A stretch of 64,000 nucleotides of DNA. It comes from Gammaproteobacteria bacterium 39-13 (GTDB lineage: Bacteria; Pseudomonadota; Gammaproteobacteria; Berkiellales; Berkiellaceae). Of the stretch, positions 24,588 through 35,427 are shown in pieces. The position numbers and the translations under genes are program-made. The stretch lies in the NCBI GenBank assembly GCA_001898235.1, contig MKTN01000027.1, positions 18,035 through 82,034 of the forward strand, given 5' to 3'. The notes under the pieces were generated by a model. That model had not been told where the DNA came from, ran no database searches, and saw only the letters and a list, made by a program, of their open reading frames with translations. Positions within the stretch are counted from its first letter, which is position 1; every line of letters begins with the position of its first letter.

Positions 24588-27500
24588 ATGAAAATCGCTA
24601 CGTTCCCTATAGAATATTCTTACGTCGGCTTTGATCCCTTACAACCTTATTCAGATCTCCCTTTAATTTCACCTGCGGCGCATAAAATTGGCACGCTGTT
24701 GGAATATAAACCTGGAGAATTTGGGCTTGTCATTGGATTTAAAATTCATGGTTTTACCGTCAGAAGAATAGAGGACATTTCCTTTACAGCATTGAATAAA
24801 GGTCAACGTATTGAATTAGAACCCGTCATTATTTGCACAAAAACGAATTTAGCAATTTTGAAGCCTAAAAATGCCACTGAATTAAAAAATTTCCATGAAC
24901 ACGCTGTTAAATTGGCTAAAAATTTTGAGATAAGCGATTCTGAAAAAATAACGCTCTACCAAAAAGATCTCAAAAGTCTAAAAGATGCCATAACAACAGT
25001 GAAAGCCAAACGTTTTCGTTTCGACAATTCTTTTTGTTTTTCATTATCTCAAAAAATTGAACCTGAGAATGGCTTATCATCACCAGGGCCTGTGCTGAAT
25101 CAGGAAGGCGAACTCATCGCCTATATGATTCATCCTACTGATAAATATGTAATTTCGGCTTTTCATGTTCAATATATGGTAAATCAGTTAGTAGCCGGCA
25201 ATCCCCCCCTCTTGTCACATTATCCTTTAATTGATTTAGAGTTAATGGATCTTACTTCTCAAAATTATCATCTATATCTTCCCGAAGAAGCCGTTGATAA
25301 GGATAGTGCGTCCTATGGTTGTAGCATTCAGAATTGTCCAACTTATCCCGAATATCCTTTGCAAAGAGGTGATATTCTGATTGCTGTTGATGGAACTAGA
25401 ATTAATCATCAACACATATCACATCCTACTTTTGGTGAAATCAGTATCGCCGCAGCCCCCCTTTTAACAACAGCCGATACACTTCACTTCACTTTATACC
25501 GAGGCGGTCAAAAACACCAAATTGAAGTAGAGAAAAGTTTATTTTCCTTTCCTAATCGCTATCTGCAAAGCAATCCTAAATTCGCCATTATGAATGGTGT
25601 TTTATTTCAAACAACGAATCGTCATCTGTATTCAGAGATTGAAAGGCAAGCAAATACACCGCAACGAGAATTCATAAAACCAACAAATAATCATGGACTA
25701 GGCAAAAATTATGGCTATCTAAAAGAAGATGGCAGCGAAAGAATTTTAATAACCGAAACATTTACCAATGATACTTTATTTAATAGCGGGGGCACGCCAT
25801 TTAATGCTTCCACCATTCAACCCTTTATTGTCAAAAAACTTAATAAAAAACCGATTAAAAATCTAGAAACGCTCATTCAATTAATGAACGAAATTCCAGT
25901 TGGCACCCATTACGATCTTGAAGGCACTATGGGCGACCAGGTCATACAAGCCTATGGGATTAAAATAGCTGATACTCAAAATCAAGCAATCTTAGCAAGT
26001 CGGGCAATAACCCGGCGTTTTAGCGAAAACTTGCACGTCGTTGAACCACTTGAATTAAGCGAAAAATCACCGAGTAATAGCACCGATAATTTAAAAGCGC
26101 CTGTTGTGTTATATCGTTATGAGAGCAAAAAATTACTAGCGCCTGCGCCATCCTTGCAAAGCGATTTCCCGCGAGAATTTTCCATAACAACGGCTGCAAC
26201 ACAAGGTATGTTGTTTATTCATACTACGACCAGGCATCGTTCTCCCACTCAACCCTATCAATATGGTACTGATACTAAAGGCATTGGCAGTGGTTTTATC
26301 ATTCGTTATGACGATAAAAATTACATTATTACTTGTGCGCATGTTTTAGGATTTACAACAGAAGCACAACTTAAAGCAAATTTCCCCGGTCAATCCAAGG
26401 ATTTCGAACTTAACATATTAATGTTAAACAATCATCACGATATTGCTATTTTACAAGTGCATCCTGAATTGCAGGAAGAATTTGACAAAATTGCTTACCC
26501 TTTTTATTTAGAAAAAAGTACCGTATTCCCTAAAATTCAAAGCGACATCTTAGCTATAGGCTTTCCTGGCGTTTCAGCAGGAGAAAAAACCAATCCTAAA
26601 ATCCAACCCGGAAAAGTTACAACCATCGGTTATGTAGGTAATTTACAATCTTTTGCTCGTTCCCAAAATGGGTTGGTCATACAAGTAAGCGCTGCTATCA
26701 GTGGTGGAAATAGCGGTGGCCCTTTTGTTGATGCAAACACAGGCGCAGTCCTTGGTATAATTTCTAATGGTGCTATGGTAACCTCCGCGCAATTATCTAG
26801 TTTTGCAAGGCCTGTGGAATTGCTAGGTAAAATGCTGAAAAAATTAAAACAATCTGATACTTTTGCTTATCCTACTTTGCCTGGATTTCCATTTGATCTC
26901 TCATCTATCACTGATCGCAAATTAAAAATAGCGCACGGCCTCGAACCCGACAGTCTGATGGGAGCAAAAATTAGTCGATTATATGGCAACATCTCTGGTT
27001 TAGAAGTCGGCGATATTTTGCTTGAACTCATTGATGAGAATAATAAAGATATCTATCCCGTCAGTGGAAAAGGCACTATTTCTATTGAAGAAAATGATAT
27101 CTCTTATCGTGCATTCTTTGAACTAAGAGAAGTTGGGGATCCTATCTCTATCAAAGTACTGCGTAGAGGGAAAGAACATCTTATACAGACAAATATTGAT
27201 GCTTCATGGCCTATCAGCCCTCAAATGTGCGGCATCCGTCAAGATGCGAATTGTATTCCTTTCGTTAAATTCTGCGAAAAGCTTATTCTGACAAACTTTG
27301 ACGTTGGCACAACACAAGCCGTTGCTTCAAAATATTCTTTAATTCATTATGCAGCGAAACTCCAAAGACAAAATAGACGTACCAGCACTAAAGTTGTCAT
27401 TTTGGAAATACTTCCTAACGCTCATCGTGAATTATCTCCATGGATAACCACTAGAGATCAAAAGGAATTATTATTTATCAATAAAATAAATGGGATCCCC

Positions 27501-27704
27501 GTCCATGATATTGAAGATGTTAAAGGCATCGCAGCCGATCCTGATACACAAGTGTTTGAACTAGAATGTAAAAGCAGCAGGTGCGATAGCAACATGCAAA
27601 AAATTATTTTTAGGGTAGCAAGGGATAAACTATCATCAGAAAAGGCAAAAGGTGAACCAGAACCAGCGGCACCCAAAAGTCCTAAAAAAATATATGCTTT
27701 TTAA
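24588..27704 (+). CDS. 1038-aa tandem HtrA/trypsin-like protease with PDZ-like regions and no signal peptide (Nma111-like layout)
   Basis: The second protease domain has an intact triad context (ITCAHVL, HHDIAILQV, SGGNSGGPFVD). The N-terminal domain looks degenerate (NLAILKPK, SSPGPVLNQEGELIAYMI). PDZ-like segments: LQRGDILIAVDGTRI and LEVGDILLELID. Confidence 0.75.
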   Translation: MKIATFPIEYSYVGFDPLQPYSDLPLISPAAHKIGTLLEYKPGEFGLVIGFKIHGFTVRRIEDISFTALNKGQRIELEPVIICTKTNLAILKPKNATELKNFHEHAVKLAKNFEISDSEKITLYQKDLKSLKDAITTVKAKRFRFDNSFCFSLSQKIEPENGLSSPGPVLNQEGELIAYMIHPTDKYVISAFHVQYMVNQLVAGNPPLLSHYPLIDLELMDLTSQNYHLYLPEEAVDKDSASYGCSIQNCPTYPEYPLQRGDILIAVDGTRINHQHISHPTFGEISIAAAPLLTTADTLHFTLYRGGQKHQIEVEKSLFSFPNRYLQSNPKFAIMNGVLFQTTNRHLYSEIERQANTPQREFIKPTNNHGLGKNYGYLKEDGSERILITETFTNDTLFNSGGTPFNASTIQPFIVKKLNKKPIKNLETLIQLMNEIPVGTHYDLEGTMGDQVIQAYGIKIADTQNQAILASRAITRRFSENLHVVEPLELSEKSPSNSTDNLKAPVVLYRYESKKLLAPAPSLQSDFPREFSITTAATQGMLFIHTTTRHRSPTQPYQYGTDTKGIGSGFIIRYDDKNYIITCAHVLGFTTEAQLKANFPGQSKDFELNILMLNNHHDIAILQVHPELQEEFDKIAYPFYLEKSTVFPKIQSDILAIGFPGVSAGEKTNPKIQPGKVTTIGYVGNLQSFARSQNGLVIQVSAAISGGNSGGPFVDANTGAVLGIISNGAMVTSAQLSSFARPVELLGKMLKKLKQSDTFAYPTLPGFPFDLSSITDRKLKIAHGLEPDSLMGAKISRLYGNISGLEVGDILLELIDENNKDIYPVSGKGTISIEENDISYRAFFELREVGDPISIKVLRRGKEHLIQTNIDASWPISPQMCGIRQDANCIPFVKFCEKLILTNFDVGTTQAVASKYSLIHYAAKLQRQNRRTSTKVVILEILPNAHRELSPWITTRDQKELLFINKINGIPVHDIEDVKGIAADPDTQVFELECKSSRCDSNMQKIIFRVARDKLSSEKAKGEPEPAAPKSPKKIYAF

Positions 27705-27714
27705 AAGTATACAT

Positions 27715-27742
27715 AAAAAAGCCCTCTAATGAGGGCTTTTTT
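27715..27742. terminator. bidirectional terminator between the protease gene and ssb
   Basis: AAAAAAGCCCTC-TAAT-GAGGGCTTTTTT, a perfect stem flanked by A and T runs. The flanking genes are convergent. Confidence 0.8.
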
Positions 27743-27756
27743 AATTGCTCATTATC

Positions 27757-28221
27757 TTAGAACGGAATATCGTCATCAAACTCTTCATGTACACGAGCAG
27801 CAGACTCAGTCATCGGTGCCATTTGTGGCGCAGCGGATGCATGATGACTATGGCCAGCATGACTACTTCCACCACCTTGACCACCACGACTATCTAGCAT
27901 TTGCATTTCTGCAGCAACAATTTCTGTGGTGTAACGTTCAACGCCGCTTTGATCTTGCCATTTACGGGTACGAAGGCTACCTTCTACATAAACTTTCGCG
28001 CCTTTACGTAAATATTCGCCCACAATTTCTGCCAAGCGATTAAAAAATACCACACGATGCCATTCAGTACGTTCTTGTGATTCACCGCTTTGCTTATCTT
28101 TCCAGTTCTCACTGGTTGCAACAGTAACGTTTGCTACTGCACCGCCACTTGGCATATAGCGCACTTCAGGATCTGCGCCTAAATTTCCAACCAAAATGAC
28201 TTTATTTATGCCTCTTGCCAT
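27757..28221 (-). CDS. ssb: single-stranded DNA-binding protein
   Basis: [22 protein letters not shown]..., a Gly-rich linker, and the C-terminal DDDIPF tip. Confidence 0.95.
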   Translation of the reverse strand: MARGINKVILVGNLGADPEVRYMPSGGAVANVTVATSENWKDKQSGESQERTEWHRVVFFNRLAEIVGEYLRKGAKVYVEGSLRTRKWQDQSGVERYTTEIVAAEMQMLDSRGGQGGGSSHAGHSHHASAAPQMAPMTESAARVHEEFDDDIPF

Positions 28222-29408
28222 ATTTCATTCCTCACCTTTATCGATAGAGTCAGCCACCCAATTACTATCAATAGTAAGCAGCCAACATGAATTGCCCAGG
28301 GCCCAATCCATTGCTGTAAACACCCGCCTAGTATACCACCTGCGAACATCCCCAAAAACTGTGAAAAAGAGTACGCCCCCAATGCCGCGCCCTTACTTTC
28401 TTTGGGCACAATACGAGAAACTAATGCGGGCAAACTCGCTTCCAAAAAGTTAAACGCTAAGAAAAATAACGTCGCAGCACATAAGAAAATCCCATAATGT
28501 CCGCTCATCAATAATAATACCGACAAGCCCAATCCTATCATTGCTGCTGACATCAGTCTTTTTTGCCAATAAGGTTTATCAGCATAACGCACTAAAGGTG
28601 CGACTAAAATGACTGACGCTACTAACACAGGTAAATAAAAGCGCCATACCGCGTGGGGCTCTAAAGCAGTTACTTCTTGAATTTTATGCGGAAAAATTAA
28701 AAATACCGCAGTTAACACTGCATGAAGAATAAAAATATTCAAATTTAAACGCCATAAATCACGATGCTGCAATAGGGTTTGCAATTGTCCTTTTACAGAA
28801 AGAGGCGCAGATTTTTGTGATGCATTCACACGCATTAACAAAAAGATACCGCCTATTCCCATGGCCGCTGTTAACCCAAAAATACCAGATAGCCCTATAT
28901 GTGCATTTAATATAGGACCTAATAAGAACGCTAATATAAAGGTAACCCCAATACTAACGCCAATCAGTGCCATTGCACGCGTGCGTACAGTTTCACGAGT
29001 AGTATCTGCGACCAAAGCTAAAATAGCCGAGCCGACCGCACCTATGCCTTGTATTGCGCGTCCTACAATCAATCCTGCAATAGAAGAAGAAAAGGCAGCT
29101 ATCAAGCTTCCAATGATAAAAATAATTAATCCCGCCATAATAACGGGTTTGCGTCCGAAGTAATCAGAAAGCAATCCACAAGGGATTTGAAATAAAGCTT
29201 GGGTTAAACCATAAATCCCTGCCGCTATCCCAATGGTGGCTGCGGTTGCTCCTGGCAAAATACCCGTATACAAAGCTAAAACGGGGATCACCATGAAAAG
29301 ACCTAACATCCGTGAAGCAAAGATCAGCGCTAAAACTGCCGTGCTTTTTATCTCGGGAAGTGTCATTTTGCTACCAACAGACATGCCAACCTTTTGCCTT
29401 AAAACCAA
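28206..29408 (-). CDS. MFS transporter
   Basis: About 12 TM segments with MFS loop motifs ([10 protein letters not shown]). Its stop overlaps the ssb start by 16 nt. The start is uncertain (29408, 29384 or 29366). Confidence 0.8.
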   Translation of the reverse strand: MVLRQKVGMSVGSKMTLPEIKSTAVLALIFASRMLGLFMVIPVLALYTGILPGATAATIGIAAGIYGLTQALFQIPCGLLSDYFGRKPVIMAGLIIFIIGSLIAAFSSSIAGLIVGRAIQGIGAVGSAILALVADTTRETVRTRAMALIGVSIGVTFILAFLLGPILNAHIGLSGIFGLTAAMGIGGIFLLMRVNASQKSAPLSVKGQLQTLLQHRDLWRLNLNIFILHAVLTAVFLIFPHKIQEVTALEPHAVWRFYLPVLVASVILVAPLVRYADKPYWQKRLMSAAMIGLGLSVLLLMSGHYGIFLCAATLFFLAFNFLEASLPALVSRIVPKESKGAALGAYSFSQFLGMFAGGILGGCLQQWIGPWAIHVGCLLLIVIGWLTLSIKVRNEIWQEA

Positions 29409-29587
29409 TCATCTTATATACCGTCGTCACGCTTCGCATCTTGGAGCGAATTGGGTATATTAGCAAGTTTGCTCGGCGCCTGGAACGATAACGTGTCCCA
29501 ATCGCATTTTAGGTTAAGTGGCGTCGTATTATTCAAACCGCTTTGTGGCCTCGCATATGGGGATATGCACAAAGCTAGGGGGAAGAG

Positions 29588-32422
29588 ATGGACAAAATAG
29601 TCATTAGAGGCGCGAGAACCCACAACCTCAAATCAATCAATCTAACTTTGCCACGTGACAAATTAATTGTCATTACTGGCTTATCTGGTTCAGGAAAATC
29701 TTCTTTAGCGTTCGATACCCTTTATGCTGAAGGACAACGCCGTTATGTAGAGTCCCTTTCTTCCTATGCCCGACAATTTTTATCAGTCATGGAAAAGCCA
29801 GATGTCGATCATATCGAAGGCTTATCTCCAGCTATTTCAATTGAACAAAAAACAACCTCACATAACCCGCGCTCTACCGTAGGTACTGTAACTGAGTTAT
29901 ATGATTATCTTCGTGTACTTTATGCTCGTGCAGGACAACCTCGCTGCCCCGATCATGATACGCCTTTAGAAGCGCAGACTGTGAGCCAAATGGTAGATCA
30001 CGTGCTGGCGCAACCAGATGACACCAAAGCGCTATTACTTGCTCCTGTTATTCGCGAACGTAAAGGTGAACATCAGCAAGTGCTAGAACAACTACGCAAT
30101 AGCGGTTTTGTACGGGTACGCATCGATGGCAAACTGTATGAAATCGACGAAGCGCCAAAGATGGATCTGCGCAAAAAACATACCATTGAAGTGGTGGTCG
30201 ATAGAATAAAAGTCCGTCCTGATCTGCGTTTGCGCTTAGCTGATTCTTTTGAAACAGCACTAAAATTAAGTGATGGTTTAGCTATTATCCATTGGGTAGA
30301 TACTGGAAAAGAAACCATTTTTTCAGCTAAATATGCCTGCCCGATTTGTGGTTACAACTTATCTGAACTCGAACCACGCATCTTTTCATTCAATAATCCT
30401 GTTGGGGCTTGCCCAGATTGTGATGGATTGGGACATAAACAATTCTTCGATCCTAAACGGGTTGTGCATCAACCTGAGGTCAGTTTAGCTTGTGGGGCTG
30501 TACGAGGATGGGATCGTCGTAATCAATACTACTTCAGCATGCTCAAATCTTTAAGCAAACATTATGGGTTTGATCTTGATACTCCGTTTAAAGAGCTGCC
30601 TAAAAACATTCAGCAAGTCATCCTATATGGCAGTGATGAAGAAGAAATTGCTTTTAGTTACACCAATGAACGTGGTGAAACTAGACGCCGTCGTCATCCT
30701 TTTGAAGGGGTTATTACCAATTTAGAGCGCCGTTATCATGATACCGATTCCGAATTTATTCGTGAGGAATTATCACGCTATCTCGCACAACAAGCCTGTC
30801 CAGGCTGCGAAGGCTCACGTCTGAAAAAAGAAGCACGCTTCGTTTTTATAGGCAAAAAATCATTGCCTGATGTGACCGCTATGTCCATTGGCGACTGTTT
30901 AAACTTCTTCAAAAAATTACAACTGACGGGAAGACGCAAAGAAATTGCTGATAAATTGCTCAAAGAGATCACAGAGCGGCTACGATTTTTAGTTGACGTA
31001 GGATTAGAATATCTCACTTTGAGTCGCACCGCAGAAACATTATCTGGTGGTGAAGCTCAACGTATTCGTCTGGCCAGCCAAATTGGTGCAGGGCTTGTCG
31101 GCGTAATGTACATTTTAGATGAACCTTCTATTGGCTTACATCAACGTGACAATGCACGTCTGCTTTCCACACTGCAACATTTGCGCGATATAGGCAACAC
31201 CGTCATTGTGGTCGAGCATGATGAAGATGCAATTATCACTGCCGATTATATCGTCGATATTGGCCCTGGCGCTGGTGTTCACGGTGGAGAAGTAGTTGCA
31301 GAAGGTACGCCACAAGCAATTAAAAAAGCCAAAGGCTCGCTCACCGGGCAGTATTTATCCGGAAAACTTTCTATTCCTGTCCCTGCCCAACGAGGTACCT
31401 TTGATCCCGAACGTGTGATTAAAATTAATGGCGCCTCAGGCAATAATCTACAACATCTCAATGTTCAATTCCCAATTGGGCTTATCACTTGTATTACTGG
31501 GGTTTCCGGTTCAGGAAAATCTACCTTAATCAATGATACGTTGTACCCTATTGCTGCACATTTGTTAAATCATGCAGGGCTCAATAACGTCGCCCCCTAT
31601 GAAAGCATCTCGGGGTTAGAGCATTTAGATAAAGTTGTTGGCATAGATCAAAGCCCTATTGGACGCACGCCACGTTCTAATGCGGCAACCTATACAGGCC
31701 TGTTCACCCATATTCGTGATCTCTTTGCCGGAACCAATGAAGCGCGATCACGTGGTTATCAAGTGGGACGCTTTAGCTTTAACGTCAAAGGAGGACGTTG
31801 TGAAGCCTGCGAAGGAGATGGCTTAATTAAAGTCGAAATGCATTTCCTTGCAGATGTCTATGTCACCTGTGATGTTTGCAAAGGCAAACGTTACAATGAT
31901 GAAACACTTCAAGTGCATTATAAAGGGAAAAACATTCACGAAGTGCTGGAAATGACGGTAGAAGATGCCTACGAATTTTTCAGCGCAATTCCTGCTATCA
32001 AGCGAAAATTACAAACCTTAATGGATGTGGGTCTTACCTATCTGAAGCTTGGGCAAAGCGCCACTACCCTTTCTGGCGGTGAAGCACAACGTATCAAATT
32101 GGCCAAAGAATTATCACGCCGCGATACAGGCAGCACCCTATACATTTTGGATGAGCCAACAACAGGATTACATTTTCATGATGTAAAACAATTATTGGAT
32201 GTATTGTTTCATTTACAGAATTCCGGAAATACTATCGTCATCATTGAGCACAATTTAGATGTGATTAAAGTTGCCGATTGGATTGTAGATTTAGGCCCTG
32301 AAGGTGGTGATAAAGGTGGACGCTTAGTGGCAATGGGCACACCGGAAAAAGTTGCCAAAGTACCGGGATCCTATACAGGACAGTTTTTAGCCCCACTATT
32401 AAATAGCAAAAAATCGAAGTAG
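29588..32422 (+). CDS. uvrA: excinuclease ABC subunit A
   Basis: 944 aa. Two ABC ATPase modules ([26 protein letters not shown] twice) and zinc-finger Cys clusters. Confidence 0.98.
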   Translation: MDKIVIRGARTHNLKSINLTLPRDKLIVITGLSGSGKSSLAFDTLYAEGQRRYVESLSSYARQFLSVMEKPDVDHIEGLSPAISIEQKTTSHNPRSTVGTVTELYDYLRVLYARAGQPRCPDHDTPLEAQTVSQMVDHVLAQPDDTKALLLAPVIRERKGEHQQVLEQLRNSGFVRVRIDGKLYEIDEAPKMDLRKKHTIEVVVDRIKVRPDLRLRLADSFETALKLSDGLAIIHWVDTGKETIFSAKYACPICGYNLSELEPRIFSFNNPVGACPDCDGLGHKQFFDPKRVVHQPEVSLACGAVRGWDRRNQYYFSMLKSLSKHYGFDLDTPFKELPKNIQQVILYGSDEEEIAFSYTNERGETRRRRHPFEGVITNLERRYHDTDSEFIREELSRYLAQQACPGCEGSRLKKEARFVFIGKKSLPDVTAMSIGDCLNFFKKLQLTGRRKEIADKLLKEITERLRFLVDVGLEYLTLSRTAETLSGGEAQRIRLASQIGAGLVGVMYILDEPSIGLHQRDNARLLSTLQHLRDIGNTVIVVEHDEDAIITADYIVDIGPGAGVHGGEVVAEGTPQAIKKAKGSLTGQYLSGKLSIPVPAQRGTFDPERVIKINGASGNNLQHLNVQFPIGLITCITGVSGSGKSTLINDTLYPIAAHLLNHAGLNNVAPYESISGLEHLDKVVGIDQSPIGRTPRSNAATYTGLFTHIRDLFAGTNEARSRGYQVGRFSFNVKGGRCEACEGDGLIKVEMHFLADVYVTCDVCKGKRYNDETLQVHYKGKNIHEVLEMTVEDAYEFFSAIPAIKRKLQTLMDVGLTYLKLGQSATTLSGGEAQRIKLAKELSRRDTGSTLYILDEPTTGLHFHDVKQLLDVLFHLQNSGNTIVIIEHNLDVIKVADWIVDLGPEGGDKGGRLVAMGTPEKVAKVPGSYTGQFLAPLLNSKKSK

Positions 32423-32462
32423 AATGGCGCCCTTGTTATTTTTTAGAGAAAGGAAATAATCC

Positions 32463-32657
32463 ATGGCAACAAAAGGGCCCTTATCAACACCAGTTTTAAC
32501 ACCAGCTTTTGATAATGCAACGAAAAAAATCACTTATTCAAAGGAACAAATGTTGGCAATTAGAGATGCCATGGGAAATGTTCCAGCTCCTCGAGGCGTG
32601 ATTGAAGCAAATGAAGAACTTAAGCCAGAAGATAAAAAGAGAACACTCGTCATCTAA
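32463..32657 (+). CDS. 64-aa hypothetical protein with a 4E-BP-like YxKxxMLxxR motif
   Basis: AAGGA lies 9 nt upstream of the ATG, and the ORF has its own hairpin terminator just downstream. It has two TP dipeptides, then YSKEQMLAIR, then VPAPRGV. Confidence 0.45.
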   Translation: MATKGPLSTPVLTPAFDNATKKITYSKEQMLAIRDAMGNVPAPRGVIEANEELKPEDKKRTLVI

Positions 32658-32662
32658 GTTTT

Positions 32663-32688
32663 GATGCAAAGGATTGCATCCAGTTTTC
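32663..32688 (+). terminator. rho-independent terminator after the small ORF
   Basis: Stem GATGCAA-AGGA-TTGCATC followed by CAGTTTTCTG. Confidence 0.5.
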
Positions 32689-32757
32689 TGTTAAGCTAAA
32701 TTCAAACTATAACGATATAGAAAATACGCTTGGCCAAAGCAAAGGATTGCAGGCATC

Positions 32758-34113
32758 ATGCGCTACCCCAAAGTTGAACACTCAACCATTGAGATAATGC
32801 AATTATCTGATGGGAAACCCATTCATATCTTTCTCAATGAAACTCAAAAGCTCGGTGAAGGAAGTTTTGGCAGCACTTATTTCATTGAACATCCTCAGCA
32901 GCCATCTAAAGCATTGGTGTGTAAAGTTATCCGCTTAGAGAATAAAAGCCAGAATTTTCATTTCTCTTCCCATCATATGTTGCGTCTTGCTTACCGTGAA
33001 GCAAGTTATTTGCAAAAATGCAATATGCTGATTGGCTATTATCATGATCACAAAAACAAGCAAATGATGCTTTTAATGCCATATGTCCCAGGTATGACAG
33101 AATGGGAGTTAAATAAGGACGTTTACCCACAAGTAGAATATAGTGCTTTTTGCACATTACGCTCTCTGCATCGACTGGGCATTGCTCATATGGATCCTCA
33201 TGAAAGCAATTTCATCTTTGATCCTAACACCAACAAAACAACTATCATTGATTTTGGCATGGCACAAGATCACCAATTTTTTAGAGAATTGCGTGATTTT
33301 TATATTTTTTCAAGACGCCGTAACGATGGGATCTTGTCACTTTCCAAGCCGTGGGCACTATTGTGTGGTCAAATGCTAGCATTTTATATGGACGAATTAA
33401 GGATTTATTTTCTTCACCACAAATTAGAAATGGCACAATACTTCATTTGTTATGCTGTTATTCTTATCGCTGCACTATCCGGTGTTGGAGCATTAGGTGG
33501 CGTCAGTCTTATTGCACAAGAATTACTCAAAATTGCTTTACTGCAAAAATTAAGTGAATTCTTGGAAATGATGCAAGATCATTATGAATTGCGCGCATGG
33601 AATAGACAGCGTAGCCATCGTTCGCGATTTTACTATTATTTTTTTTGCGCCATCTTTGCGTTTATCCAAGGCGCTCTCTTGGCATTACAATTTTCACGAA
33701 TTTATTATCATTTGTATTCTTTATCTTTAACGATACCCGCTCTTACGAATCAAGCTTATTTAGGCGGATCTCATGTATGGCAATGCTTACAACAAGTTCC
33801 TTATACCCAACTTTGCTTAACATTCGTTGAATTTATTGCCTCTGGACATAGCTATACCTATTGGAAAGATAATATTGAAAAATACGTTATGAGTGATACA
33901 TCCATTATCCGAAGCTATCAAAAACATATTTTCGGATCCCGCTCCCAACCGTATCTCCCTTTATTTCAACATAAAAAGCAAAGATCACCATCCATGCAGA
34001 TCCCCGAATTGCCCCTCAACCCCTCCAAACACTTTCTTGTTTCCTTTCAAAGAAAGCCACGCCAAGAAATAAATGATCCTGAGGCGATAACTAAGAAGGC
34101 TTATCGTTTTTAA
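32758..34113 (+). CDS. eukaryote-like Ser/Thr protein kinase with C-terminal transmembrane region
   Basis: G-loop LGEGSFGS, VCKV lysine, catalytic loop HMDPHESN, IIDFGMA (DFG). Several hydrophobic helices follow in the C-terminal half. Confidence 0.75.
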   Translation: MRYPKVEHSTIEIMQLSDGKPIHIFLNETQKLGEGSFGSTYFIEHPQQPSKALVCKVIRLENKSQNFHFSSHHMLRLAYREASYLQKCNMLIGYYHDHKNKQMMLLMPYVPGMTEWELNKDVYPQVEYSAFCTLRSLHRLGIAHMDPHESNFIFDPNTNKTTIIDFGMAQDHQFFRELRDFYIFSRRRNDGILSLSKPWALLCGQMLAFYMDELRIYFLHHKLEMAQYFICYAVILIAALSGVGALGGVSLIAQELLKIALLQKLSEFLEMMQDHYELRAWNRQRSHRSRFYYYFFCAIFAFIQGALLALQFSRIYYHLYSLSLTIPALTNQAYLGGSHVWQCLQQVPYTQLCLTFVEFIASGHSYTYWKDNIEKYVMSDTSIIRSYQKHIFGSRSQPYLPLFQHKKQRSPSMQIPELPLNPSKHFLVSFQRKPRQEINDPEAITKKAYRF

Positions 34114-34262
34114 AATACCATTCACCCACTTATCTTTGGTTTTCTCCCAGTTATCGATAAAAAACCCTTTTTAGTTGATTATTTAACTAATAAAACTACA
34201 ATCCCCCATGAAGCTCAATGCTCAACGTTTAATCCAAGCTTAACCATTAAAGAGAGGTTTTT

Positions 34263-34964
34263 ATGTGGTCATTTTTTAACATCAGCAACCAGGTTTCCTA
34301 TTTAAAAGAGCTAATCTGGGGTGCTTCTAATCCTTGCACAGTTGGGGATATCGCTTGTGAAATGACAGATGGCAAATATAACTTACCTACTACTTTGAGC
34401 AATTTATTGGCAAAGGGTGAAGAATTTGGTGTGAGCAGATATATTTCCGGCTCCGCAGCATTACTAATCGGTTTTGGTGTTATTGGCATGCCGTATTTGT
34501 ATAAAAAATATAGCGCCACCACGCCCTTAGATCTAGTTCGCAATATCATCAAAAAAGAGTTTGGTCCATTTGCAGCAGAAATTTTTGAAGCATTCAAAAA
34601 AGCAATTGAAGATGCCATTGATAAAGTGATCAAAGATATTGCAGGAGATCTTGGTACAAACACTGAAGGCATGAGCAAAAAAGATCTTGAGGATACAAAA
34701 GCGAAATTGATGCAATCAAGATTAGAAGCTATTCTTCCTACTTTAGCGACCACTTTGAAATCAAATAAAGTAGATCTTGAACAGGCAGCAAAAGCAATAA
34801 AGGATGAAGCAAAATCGTCTAAAGCTTCTCAAGTAGCAGCAACGTCAGATCCAGTGCTTGACCAAAAATCTGCATCAGTTAAGCCTTCTGCTAAATTGGC
34901 ATTATCTGCTCACCTAGAGCAATTATTATTCCCAGCTAACACATCGAAGTTCAAATTCAAATAG
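34263..34964 (+). CDS. hypothetical protein with one TM helix (effector-like)
   Basis: 233 aa. GAGAGG lies 5 nt upstream and a terminator lies downstream. It is longer than the antisense ORF 34298..34753. Confidence 0.55.
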   Translation: MWSFFNISNQVSYLKELIWGASNPCTVGDIACEMTDGKYNLPTTLSNLLAKGEEFGVSRYISGSAALLIGFGVIGMPYLYKKYSATTPLDLVRNIIKKEFGPFAAEIFEAFKKAIEDAIDKVIKDIAGDLGTNTEGMSKKDLEDTKAKLMQSRLEAILPTLATTLKSNKVDLEQAAKAIKDEAKSSKASQVAATSDPVLDQKSASVKPSAKLALSAHLEQLLFPANTSKFKFK

Positions 34965-34991
34965 TAGCTTTTGTGCACAGCAAATAGGCAT

Positions 34992-35022
34992 AAAAAAACC
35001 AGGACTTTACCCTGGTTTTTTT
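34992..35022. terminator. bidirectional terminator between 34263-34964 and rplQ
   Basis: AAAAAAACCAGG-ACTTTAC-CCTGGTTTTTTT. Confidence 0.75.
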
Positions 35023-35039
35023 ATTTAAGCTAAACGCTT

Positions 35040-35414
35040 TTATTCGTTAACAGCTTCAGCTCTTTCTACTAGTTCAACAATTGCCATTGGCGCATTGTCA
35101 CCAGCGCGAAAGCCGCATTTTAAAATGCGTAAATAGCCACCTGGTCTTTTGATATTGTTCGGACCAATTTCACCAAACAACTTAGCCACAATGTCTCTAT
35201 CTCGCAGCCTGTTGTAGGCTAAACGGCGATTTGCATGAGAATCTACTTTGGCCAAAGTAATCAAAGGCTCAACCACACGGCGAAGATCTTTTGCTTTTGG
35301 CAACGTTGTTTTAATCAACCCATGACGAAGTATAGAAACTGCCATGTTTTGAAACATCGCTTTACGGTGTGAGCTTGTTCGATTTAATTTACGACCTGAT
35401 TTTTGATGACGCAT
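35040..35414 (-). CDS. rplQ: 50S ribosomal protein L17
   Basis: [24 protein letters not shown]. Last gene of the alpha operon. Confidence 0.95.
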   Translation of the reverse strand: MRHQKSGRKLNRTSSHRKAMFQNMAVSILRHGLIKTTLPKAKDLRRVVEPLITLAKVDSHANRRLAYNRLRDRDIVAKLFGEIGPNNIKRPGGYLRILKCGFRAGDNAPMAIVELVERAEAVNE

Positions 35415-35427
35415 CGTAACTTCCTAA

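Noticed and set aside
29409-29587. Search for a LexA SOS box (CTGT-N8-ACAG) in the uvrA / MFS-ssb divergent promoter region
   Set aside because: I found no such palindrome by eye, so no SOS operator is claimed.
32666-32751. A 13-nt exact repeat GCAAAGGATTGCA at 32666-32678 and 32739-32751
   Set aside because: The first copy is part of the terminator hairpin and the second supplies the AAGGA RBS of the kinase gene. With only two short copies, chance or local duplication is sufficient and no separate element is claimed.
34298-34753. 151-aa minus-strand ORF overlapping 34263-34964
   Set aside because: The plus-strand ORF is longer, has a GAGAGG RBS at correct spacing, and is followed by a terminator. 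The antisense ORF has none of these.
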